DNA of 59,455 nucleotides from Oligoflexales bacterium (GTDB taxonomy: Bacteria > Bdellovibrionota_B > Oligoflexia > Oligoflexales > RGVZ01): assembly GCA_044360315.1 (NCBI GenBank), contig JBIKKO010000005.1, forward strand, positions 1 through 59,455, written 5' to 3'. Each line of letters opens with the position of its first letter. Position 1 is the first letter of the stretch. Position numbers and translations under genes: made by a program. The notes beneath the pieces were generated by a model. That model saw nothing but the letters and a program-made list of their open reading frames with translations, had not been told where the DNA came from and did not search any database. This document shows positions 39,748 to 46,896 of this stretch, piece after piece.

Positions 39748-40550
39748 GTGCGCCCGGTATGGGTAATAACTAATCATGAAAGAACTGATCTTGGCCTAGG
39801 AAGAAGGAACAAGTAGGCGAAGGCAAGGGTGTCCGAAGAAACAGTGCAGATTTGGGCCGGGAAGCCTGGCTGGAGAGAGGGCCGCGTAGTTCGCGGCGAA
39901 TATCACGGATTATTGCATGTGCCAATGAGGAATCTGAAGAAAGCTGGAGCCAAAATCGTCGTCCAAGCGCGAGCGAACCTCCGTAAGGCCGGTTGGGTGG
40001 ATGAGATGTCCGTGACCATCGAAGTCCAAATCCTTTCCGTAAATCCATCAGGTAATGGAGGTGGGCAGGCGAGGAATCAGTTATGACCCTTACCCGGGGA
40101 AGGGGCCGCTAGTTTGGGTCGCATTCGCCCACGGGATAACGATAGCTTAAGCCCTAAACTGCGCTAGCGACCGCATAAGATCGTGGAAGATGACATGCAA
40201 CACAGGAGCATACAAATAAAATGAGAGAGCAAACCTTATCTGATCTAAACAAGAGCCTCTTTGAACAGGTGTTTTCAGATGATCACTTACGCGAAGCCTT
40301 CCGTCAAGTAAAACGCAACCGTGGGAAACCCGGTGTCGACGGGGTTAGTATCGAGATAAGAGACAACGGAAGGGGCGCCACAAGGTACAAGTACATCGAT
40401 TGAGATCACAGTGAAGAAGATCAACCAGTGGTATGTGGGGTGGTCTAACTACTACAGTATGACCGAATACCCCTCCGTTGCCTTCACTGAACGAGGCTAA
40501 TCTATCACGCAACTTGAGGGTCAAGTAGAAAGTGAATGGCCTCAAAACCA
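39748..40550 (+). mobile_element. Class IIC group II intron remnant 1 (internally deleted, no domain V seen)
   Basis: 5' end GTGCGCCCGGTATGGG; domain I landmarks GCAAGGGTGTCCG, GGAATCTGAAG, TGGATGAG, CTTACCCGGGGA; followed by RT/maturase fragments; 3' boundary approximate. Confidence 0.85.
40221..40500 (+). pseudogene. Fragmented group II intron reverse transcriptase/maturase
   Basis: RT0 (LREAFRQVKRNRGKPGVDG), then in another frame from 40360 ETTEGAPQG (RT4) fused to domain X (KKINQWYVGWSNYY); no YADD. Confidence 0.85.
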
Positions 40551-40566
40551 CCCCGCCCGGCTCATC

Positions 40567-41721
40567 TCACAGCCCGCACTCTGCCAACATTTCCTGCCAC
40601 GGGATAACCTCAACGCCCTTGATGAAGAGTCGCTCGGATCCCATGTAGGCCAAGATTGGCCGATGCGGGCGTCCGTAGTATTTTGCGAAGCTCTCCAGAC
40701 CAGTAAGGTCGGTTTCGCTGACGTAGCGGGTCGCTTTGATTTCAAGCGCAATGGTGGTGTCAGCGCGCTCAATGATCAGGTCGACCTCCGCGCCATGCTC
40801 TGTTCGGTAGCTCGACAATCGGCAGCCGATTTCATCCCTAGCCGCGATGCTGTGAATGACTTGGGTTACGACAAGATTTTCAAAGAGCGCCCCTTTGCGA
40901 TCGTCGCTGACAATGAAGTTCCCAAGGAGGCCATTAAGAACACCATTGTCGAAAAAGAAATATCGTGGATGCTGAATGAGTCTTGTGCGCGATGACTTCG
41001 CGAATGCGTCGAGCCGATGCACGATGAGCGTGTCTTCCAACACCGTGAAATATCTTGTGGCGGTTTGATGATTGATTTGGGCCTGCTTCGCCAGTTTTTG
41101 CAAATCCAAAAATTGGGTGGCGCACACCGCGGCGAATTTCAAAAAGCGAGCGAATCCCTCGATGTTTCTTGTCAAGGCCTCGGCCTGGATTTCCTCTTTT
41201 AGGTACGTCGCTGCGTAGGAAGACAACGTTTTGGAACGATCCTGCTCATCTGATTCCGTGTAAATTCCAGGCAGGGAGCCATAGGCTAGCATTTGTTCTG
41301 TGTCCCCCTGGTAGTTCAGCTCATGTGATACCAACGGGCCAAGGGTGTAGCCATGAATTCGCCCAGGCAGCAGGTTGGCTTCGCCCCGCCGGAGTTTGCG
41401 AGCGCTCGATCCGGTCAGGAGAAACCGAATGCGACGCTTTTCGTCGATGATCTTCTGCACTGTGTTCAAAAGGCTCGGCAAACGCTGAACTTCGTCGATG
41501 AACACATCGCCCTGAAAATTTGGACCTAGCCGCCGTTCGAGCATTCGCGGGTCGCCCGCAAAATTCAAATATTCCGACTCATCGGCAAGGTTGAACTTCT
41601 TCGACTCGGGAAACAGATCACCAAGCAAAGTCGATTTTCCAGTTTGTCGAGGGCCGAGAAGCAAAATGCTTTTCTTGGATGCGGACAGTTTGTTCGCCAG
41701 CGTTCGTAGAATCGTTGTCAT
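40567..41721 (-). CDS. AAA_14-type ATPase with DUF4143 and a C-terminal PD-(D/E)XK-like motif
   Basis: GPRQTGKS Walker A, FIDEVQR Walker B, LTGSS, GSLP, FFDNG, GALFEN, EVDLII...ALEIK. Confidence 0.9.
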   Translation of the reverse strand: MTTILRTLANKLSASKKSILLLGPRQTGKSTLLGDLFPESKKFNLADESEYLNFAGDPRMLERRLGPNFQGDVFIDEVQRLPSLLNTVQKIIDEKRRIRFLLTGSSARKLRRGEANLLPGRIHGYTLGPLVSHELNYQGDTEQMLAYGSLPGIYTESDEQDRSKTLSSYAATYLKEEIQAEALTRNIEGFARFLKFAAVCATQFLDLQKLAKQAQINHQTATRYFTVLEDTLIVHRLDAFAKSSRTRLIQHPRYFFFDNGVLNGLLGNFIVSDDRKGALFENLVVTQVIHSIAARDEIGCRLSSYRTEHGAEVDLIIERADTTIALEIKATRYVSETDLTGLESFAKYYGRPHRPILAYMGSERLFIKGVEVIPWQEMLAECGL

Positions 41722-41768
41722 CGGAATACTTCCATGCTGTTGGTTTCCCCCACTTTTACCTTGTGTTG

Positions 41769-41798
41769 ATTTTACGACATAATTTCAACACATGTCAA
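41769..41798 (-). promoter_or_regulatory. Candidate sigma70 promoter of the ATPase gene
   Basis: Minus strand TTGACA-18 nt-TAAAAT about 50 nt upstream of the start. Confidence 0.5.
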
Positions 41799-41915
41799 TA
41801 ACGCTGTATTTTCAGCAAAGAACTGCCCCGCCCCGTCGCCGATCCCGAAACGTCCGATTGTGACCCCGCAATGGGGCCAATAGGAGCATTTCAGATTCCG
41901 TTCATGATTTCGGGT

Positions 41916-41998
41916 TGATGGGGGATTTGGCAGACATGCGGGACTCAAAATCCCGCGCCAGCAATGGTGTCCCGGTTCGACCCCGGGGGGTGGCACTA
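41916..41998 (+). tRNA. tRNA-Leu(CAA), 5'-defective or partial
   Basis: Anticodon arm CGGGA-CTCAAAA-TCCCG, long variable arm, T arm CCCGG-TTCGACC-CCGGG, 3' acceptor GGGTGGC-A; no complementary 5' acceptor strand; ends ACTA. Confidence 0.75.
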
Positions 41999-42003
41999 AA
42001 AAA

Positions 42004-42027
42004 CGAGGCCGACGAAAGTCGGCCTCG
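42004..42027. terminator. GNRA-capped hairpin between the tRNA and intron remnant 2
   Basis: CGAGGCCGAC-GAAA-GTCGGCCTCG perfect stem, preceded by an A tract (T tract on the minus strand). Confidence 0.75.
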
Positions 42028-42030
42028 GTC

Positions 42031-42290
42031 GTGCGCCCGGTATGGGTAATAACTAATCATGAAAGAACTGATCTTGGCCAAGGGTGTCCGAAGAAACAGT
42101 GCAGATTTGGGCCGGGAAGCCTATACCCCTCCCAACTGGCAAAGATCGAAGCACACGTCAGGCGACGACTGCGATCGAGGTTTATATCTCAGCAGAAGAA
42201 GCGACGTACTTTATTCAAACATTTAGTAGGGAGAGGCGTCAGTCGCGCCATGGCCGCGAAAACAGTTTTCTCGAACAATGGGCGATGGTG
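42031..42290 (+). mobile_element. Class IIC group II intron remnant 2 (5' end fused to a maturase fragment)
   Basis: First 49+43 nt identical to remnant 1 apart from a 28-nt deletion, then domain X peptide YPSQLAKIEAHVRRRLRSRFISQQKKRR...GRW. Confidence 0.82.
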
Positions 42291-43451
42291 AGATACCTCC
42301 TCCACTGTTGAATTTATCCAGTCGGCAAGTTTCAAAAATGCGCGCTCTGCTGCATAGGTCCTTAGTCGCTCAGCGTTTTGTTGCCCGATGTAACGGGTAA
42401 CTTCCGTGTGCTGCTTAGATCCTGTCACGGTACAAAATGTGATGTTCAACTCGCCGGACTCGGGCACAACCGAGATGGTTGCCGTATGTCTATTGCTGGT
42501 AGGCTTGATATCATTTAAGTCGGTTGTTATGTCGCTTGTAATGACTGTAATCGGACTTTGGGCGGATACAGCGGCAAATAGCCTTTTTGCGGCGTAGCCT
42601 CGTGTTCCACTATCGATTAAGACTAACCGCTGGATTCTTGTGGCCGCTTGTTGAAGATTCAAAGCCGCGTCAAAATTATTCTGTCCAACGAGCCAAGGGG
42701 CTAAGGCAGACTCCAGTTTTTGCTTCCAGCTGGCATTGAAGTCAGGCATTTGATGCGGCAAAATCCAGACTTTGACGTGGATGTACGGCATGTGGCTTCG
42801 GTATCCTGTTTGCAGTCCACTGCCTGCTAGAGCTGCTTCAACGATTTCACCAAGGCGAGACTCACTTTGGCCAAGACAAGTCCATACTTCTGGATTTTGG
42901 CTGTTGGCGTCAGGGTTAAGATTTTGGAGAAGAGACTTTATGTGATCCTGCCAGAGTCCCTTGATCTCTCTCGGTGGACCCGGCAGTGCGATGACATCGC
43001 AGCTACCGATTTTGATTCGAAACGCGGAGGCTGTTCCGTGTGCACTCGGGAAAATCTCAGCCGAGTTGGGAAAGTAGGCTTGCTGCTTGTTTGACTCGGC
43101 AAACGGAGCACCGACACTGTTGAGCCTGCGCAGGATTCTTTGCCAGTCATCCTCAGACCACACTAAATTGTGTTTAGAAACATTGGCGATGACGTCACGG
43201 GTAAAGTCATCTGTCGTTGGTCCCAAGCCGCCCGTGATAAACACCAACTGGTGGTCCAATACAAGATTTGCGAGGTTTGTCGCGATTGCGGCACGGTCGT
43301 CTGGCACGGCGGCATGATGGTCGCACAGAAACCCAAGCTCTGAGAGCTCAGCGGCAATAAAGGCAGCATTCGTATTGATGACTTCGCCATTGGTAATCTC
43401 AGTACCAACGGCTAGAATCGCAGCTTTTGGTATTCGGTTTGATTTATTCAT
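42189..43451 (-). CDS. CinA-like protein (molybdopterin-binding-like N-domain, degenerate PncC domain)
   Basis: AVGTEI..G...NTNA, TGGLGPTTDD.TR, N..QA..P, LPGPPRE, ES.L; start overlaps the gpsA stop. Confidence 0.88.
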   Translation of the reverse strand: MNKSNRIPKAAILAVGTEITNGEVINTNAAFIAAELSELGFLCDHHAAVPDDRAAIATNLANLVLDHQLVFITGGLGPTTDDFTRDVIANVSKHNLVWSEDDWQRILRRLNSVGAPFAESNKQQAYFPNSAEIFPSAHGTASAFRIKIGSCDVIALPGPPREIKGLWQDHIKSLLQNLNPDANSQNPEVWTCLGQSESRLGEIVEAALAGSGLQTGYRSHMPYIHVKVWILPHQMPDFNASWKQKLESALAPWLVGQNNFDAALNLQQAATRIQRLVLIDSGTRGYAAKRLFAAVSAQSPITVITSDITTDLNDIKPTSNRHTATISVVPESGELNITFCTVTGSKQHTEVTRYIGQQNAERLRTYAAERAFLKLADWINSTVEEVSHHRPLFEKTVFAAMARLTPLPTKCLNKVRRFFC

Positions 43452-44484
43452 GGTTTGCAAATGTGAATTCGGGTTTTGCATCACGTGAAATGAGATCCAT
43501 CAATGCGGCTTTTGTTGGCTTGTGCTCGTATAACACTGCAAAAACTTGGTCGGCTATGGGTGTCTCAACGTTTAGTGTTCGCGCAAGTCCGTGGACGGCT
43601 TTGGCTGTCGTGAATCCCTCTGCGACCGACCCTAAGCTTTGTAGCGCTTCATGAACACGCATGCCTTGGCCGAGTTTGAAGCCTAGGGAATAATTTCGAC
43701 TTTTGTCTGAGCTGCAGGTGAGAAAGAGGTCTCCAACTCCGCCGAGACCTTGAAACGTTAACGGATTAGCCCCAAGCTTTACTCCTAAATGCGTAATCTC
43801 GGCAAGTCCGCGCGTGATTAACGCAGCCATACTGTTCATTTGTAAGCCAAGTCCTGCGCAGGCCCCGGCCGCAATGGCCACTACGTTTTTCATGGCGCCA
43901 GCCACTTCCAGTCCAATGGGGTCTTTCGATGTATAGACCCTAAAAAATGAAGTATGAAAAATTTTCTGCACTTCAGAAGCGCGATTGTGGTCTTTGCTCG
44001 CGGCGACAACGGCTGTGGGCAGCTTTTGAGCAACCTCAATCGCAAAGCTCGGTCCCGACAACACGACAGTCCCGTCAGCCAGAGGCTTGCCAAATAAATC
44101 AGCAACCAAGTCGATGAAGAAAAAGCCAGAGCTGATCTCAACTCCTTTGACAGCACTGATGAGCAGTGTGCTTTTGTTTAAATGTTGAGCAAATGGTTTC
44201 AAAGTTTCACGCACGGCTTGCATCGGCACCGCCACAACGATGGCCCGATAATCATTTATATGGGAGGGCTCGATGTGGTTGATCGCAGTCAGGGTCGGTG
44301 TTAAGGTAATCGTATTGAGATATTTGGGATTTTTGTGAAGACTGTTGATACTCTCAACGAGAGTCTTTGAACGAGACCAAATGTCGACATTCCAGCCCTC
44401 GCGCGCGAGATGCTCTGCAAGGCATGTTCCGAAGTTTCCGGCCCCGAGAACGAGAATTTTTCTTTGTTTATCTGTGCCAGTCAT
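43444..44484 (-). CDS. gpsA: NAD(P)H-dependent glycerol-3-phosphate dehydrogenase
   Basis: VLGAGNFGT, KG.E, LSGPSFA, KNVVAIA.G, GDL.LTC.S..SRN, VAEG. Confidence 0.97.
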   Translation of the reverse strand: MTGTDKQRKILVLGAGNFGTCLAEHLAREGWNVDIWSRSKTLVESINSLHKNPKYLNTITLTPTLTAINHIEPSHINDYRAIVVAVPMQAVRETLKPFAQHLNKSTLLISAVKGVEISSGFFFIDLVADLFGKPLADGTVVLSGPSFAIEVAQKLPTAVVAASKDHNRASEVQKIFHTSFFRVYTSKDPIGLEVAGAMKNVVAIAAGACAGLGLQMNSMAALITRGLAEITHLGVKLGANPLTFQGLGGVGDLFLTCSSDKSRNYSLGFKLGQGMRVHEALQSLGSVAEGFTTAKAVHGLARTLNVETPIADQVFAVLYEHKPTKAALMDLISRDAKPEFTFANHE

Positions 44485-44554
44485 CGAAACAAATCTCCTG
44501 CAAAGGGTTTACCTGGAATGATATATTACCAGACTTTTCTGGCAGGTGGACAGA

Positions 44555-44908
44555 ATGAACCCTTATCTTCCGGTGTTGATCGTTCTAATTTTTGGTTTAA
44601 CCCTTGGGGCTATCTTAAGTGCGCTAGCTGCGTTTCTCGGGCCGAAAAATCCAAGGCCTGAAAAAATAGACCCTTATGAGTGCGGCGTACCAAAGGTAAC
44701 GAACGCCAATGAGAAGATGAGCGTCAAATTCTATTTAACGGCTATTCTTTTTATTCTTTTTGATATTGAAACAATTTTCCTTTATCTGTGGGCGACCGCT
44801 TTTCCCCAGCTGGGCTGGTTTGGAGTCGCCGAAATTCTTGTGTTTATGATGATTTTGATTTCTGGATATATCTATGTGGTGAAGCGGGGGGCTCTTGAAT
44901 GGGATTGA
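44555..44908 (+). CDS. nuoA: NADH-quinone oxidoreductase subunit A
   Basis: PYECG, FY..AILF..FDIE, GALEW. Confidence 0.96.
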   Translation: MNPYLPVLIVLIFGLTLGAILSALAAFLGPKNPRPEKIDPYECGVPKVTNANEKMSVKFYLTAILFILFDIETIFLYLWATAFPQLGWFGVAEILVFMMILISGYIYVVKRGALEWD

Positions 44909-45981
44909 CAGCAGATGAGTTCACAGTCCAGTTTATCGCAACGATTTTAAAGTTTGCGATTATTGCTGGTCTGTTATTACAAATTCCTCCTGTGATGGTT
45001 TGGGCTGAACGCCGAATCCCTGCCATGATGCAGCGTCGAAAGGGTCCAAACCGGACTGGTCTATTTAAATGGCGTCTTTATGGGTTGCTGCAATCACTTG
45101 CCGACACCATCAAGCTCATCTTTAAAGAAGAGGTTGTGCCAGAGGGCGCTCAAAAAGCGTTTTATCATTTAGCGCCGATATTTTCCGTGTTCCCTGCGTT
45201 TTTGATTGCTATGGCCATACCTTATGGTCCAGATATTCACGCATTCGGAACGGTCATTCCCCTGTCGGTTATTCGAGTCGACGTTGGGTTCCTGTTCATC
45301 TTTGCAGTAAGTTCTTTGGCTGTGTACGGTGTGACAATTGCTGGTTGGGCCTCCAATAACAAGTATTCACTGCTTGGTTCGCTCCGTGCGTCGGCGCAGA
45401 TGATTAGTTATGAGATTCCTTTGGGGTTGTCTCTAATCCCGCCCGTATTGATTTATGGTTCGTTGGATCTTAATAAAATTGTTGAAGCTCAAAGTCATTT
45501 TTGGACATGGGGTGTTTTCTTATCACCGATATCATTTGTGCTGTTTTTAATATCGATGTTTGCAGAAACAAACCGTGCACCATTTGACTTGGCCGAGGCT
45601 GAAGGTGAGCTAGTAGCTGGATTTCACACGGAATATACGTCTGCCAAGTTTGCCGCCTTCTTTCTTGGGGAATACGTATCGATGTTTGTGTTGAGTTGTT
45701 TGGCCTCGACGGTCTTCTTTGGCGGCTGGCAGATCCCGTTTCTTGATGTTCAGTCATTAGACCAGCGGACGGGATTTATTGGTGTTAGTGCTTTGTTGGG
45801 TCACGTCACTCTCATGCTGAAGGCGACATTTTTCATGTGGCTATATGTTTGGGTTCGGTGGACTATACCGCGGTTTAGATACGATCAATTGATGTCCCTT
45901 GGATGGAAGTACATGATCCCCCTTGGTCTTGTGAATGTTGTGCTGACGGCAGTGGTGATTGCTGCCTTCAGATTCTCTTAA
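44899..45981 (+). CDS. nuoH: NADH-quinone oxidoreductase subunit H
   Basis: ERR...Q.R.GPN, LQSLAD.IKL..KE, AQMISYE, ETNRAPFDL.EAE.ELVAGF, PRFRYDQLM. Confidence 0.97.
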   Translation: MGLTADEFTVQFIATILKFAIIAGLLLQIPPVMVWAERRIPAMMQRRKGPNRTGLFKWRLYGLLQSLADTIKLIFKEEVVPEGAQKAFYHLAPIFSVFPAFLIAMAIPYGPDIHAFGTVIPLSVIRVDVGFLFIFAVSSLAVYGVTIAGWASNNKYSLLGSLRASAQMISYEIPLGLSLIPPVLIYGSLDLNKIVEAQSHFWTWGVFLSPISFVLFLISMFAETNRAPFDLAEAEGELVAGFHTEYTSAKFAAFFLGEYVSMFVLSCLASTVFFGGWQIPFLDVQSLDQRTGFIGVSALLGHVTLMLKATFFMWLYVWVRWTIPRFRYDQLMSLGWKYMIPLGLVNVVLTAVVIAAFRFS

Positions 45982-45996
45982 GTTTGGGAGTTGGCG

Positions 45997-46551
45997 ATGC
46001 CAGATTTTGCTTTATTAACCACGCATGGGGTTTTCCACCTTTTTGCAGCCCTCATAACGCTTTGTTCATTGATGGTCGTGCTCTCAAAGCATCCAGTTAA
46101 AAGCGCAGTTTTTTTAGTTGTGGATCTATTTCTGTTGGCTGGACTTTACGCAACCCTCGAAAGTCACTTTGTTGCAGCGATTCAGGTGTTGGTGTATGCA
46201 GGTGCGATCGTGGTGTTATTTGTTTTTGTGATTATGCTTTTGAATCTGCAGCCCGAACAGCTCAAAGGCTTGAGATTTTCGGCCGTTGAGGCTGGGACGC
46301 TGGTGATCTCCTTGGTTGGCTTTTTGATCACCGTAGCGGCGACCTTTAAAGGTGATCAGACGGGATTGGGAGATGGTTCGCTTGACCCTGTGGCCATTGA
46401 AGCCGCGGGCGGTAATACGTTTGTTGTGGCTATGAAGCTATTGACCAACTTTATTTGGCCATTTGAATTGGCGTCAGTTTTGATTTTAATGGCGATCGTC
46501 GCAGCGATTGTTATTGCCAAAAAAGATAAAAAGAATACGTCGGCATCTTGA
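45997..46551 (+). CDS. nuoJ: NADH-quinone oxidoreductase subunit J
   Basis: QVLVYAGAIVVLFVFVIMLL, PFELAS. Confidence 0.95.
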   Translation: MPDFALLTTHGVFHLFAALITLCSLMVVLSKHPVKSAVFLVVDLFLLAGLYATLESHFVAAIQVLVYAGAIVVLFVFVIMLLNLQPEQLKGLRFSAVEAGTLVISLVGFLITVAATFKGDQTGLGDGSLDPVAIEAAGGNTFVVAMKLLTNFIWPFELASVLILMAIVAAIVIAKKDKKNTSAS

Positions 46552-46576
46552 GTCGTCAAACGAGGAGACAGTTTAA

Positions 46577-46879
46577 GTGGTACCAGTCGATTTTTATTTT
46601 GTTTTAGCATGTGTGATTTTCTCCCTGGGGTTGTTTGGGGCCTTGTTTCGTCGAAATTTGATCATGGTTTTGATGTCGATCGAATTGATGTTAAATGCAG
46701 TAAATTTAGTTTTTGTTGCGGCGGGGCGCGCCATTGGCAATGTCGATGGTCAGGTTATGGTTTTGTTTGTCATAACGGTCGCAGCTTGCGAAGCAGCCGT
46801 AGGCCTTGCAATGGTGATTGCTTTGTTTAGGAAATACGGAACGATCAATACCGATATTTTAAGACTTCTTCGCGGCTAA
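46577..46879 (+). CDS. nuoK: NADH-quinone oxidoreductase subunit K
   Basis: RRNL...LMSIELMLN, VAACEAAVGLA. Confidence 0.96.
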   Translation: MVPVDFYFVLACVIFSLGLFGALFRRNLIMVLMSIELMLNAVNLVFVAAGRAIGNVDGQVMVLFVITVAACEAAVGLAMVIALFRKYGTINTDILRLLRG

Positions 46880-46896
46880 ATTAGGGGGGAATAATA

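Noticed and set aside
39770-40086. ORFs 39770-40048(-) and 39829-40086(+)
   Set aside because: They fall within intron domain I RNA and are chance reading frames
41772-41996. ORF MPPPGVEPG... on the minus strand
   Set aside because: Typical antisense translation of a tRNA sequence
39748-42290. Functional intron, retron or DGR interpretation of the RT fragments and repeat pair
   Set aside because: No YADD motif, no domain V/VI seen, and the repeats differ by deletion rather than adenine-specific substitutions
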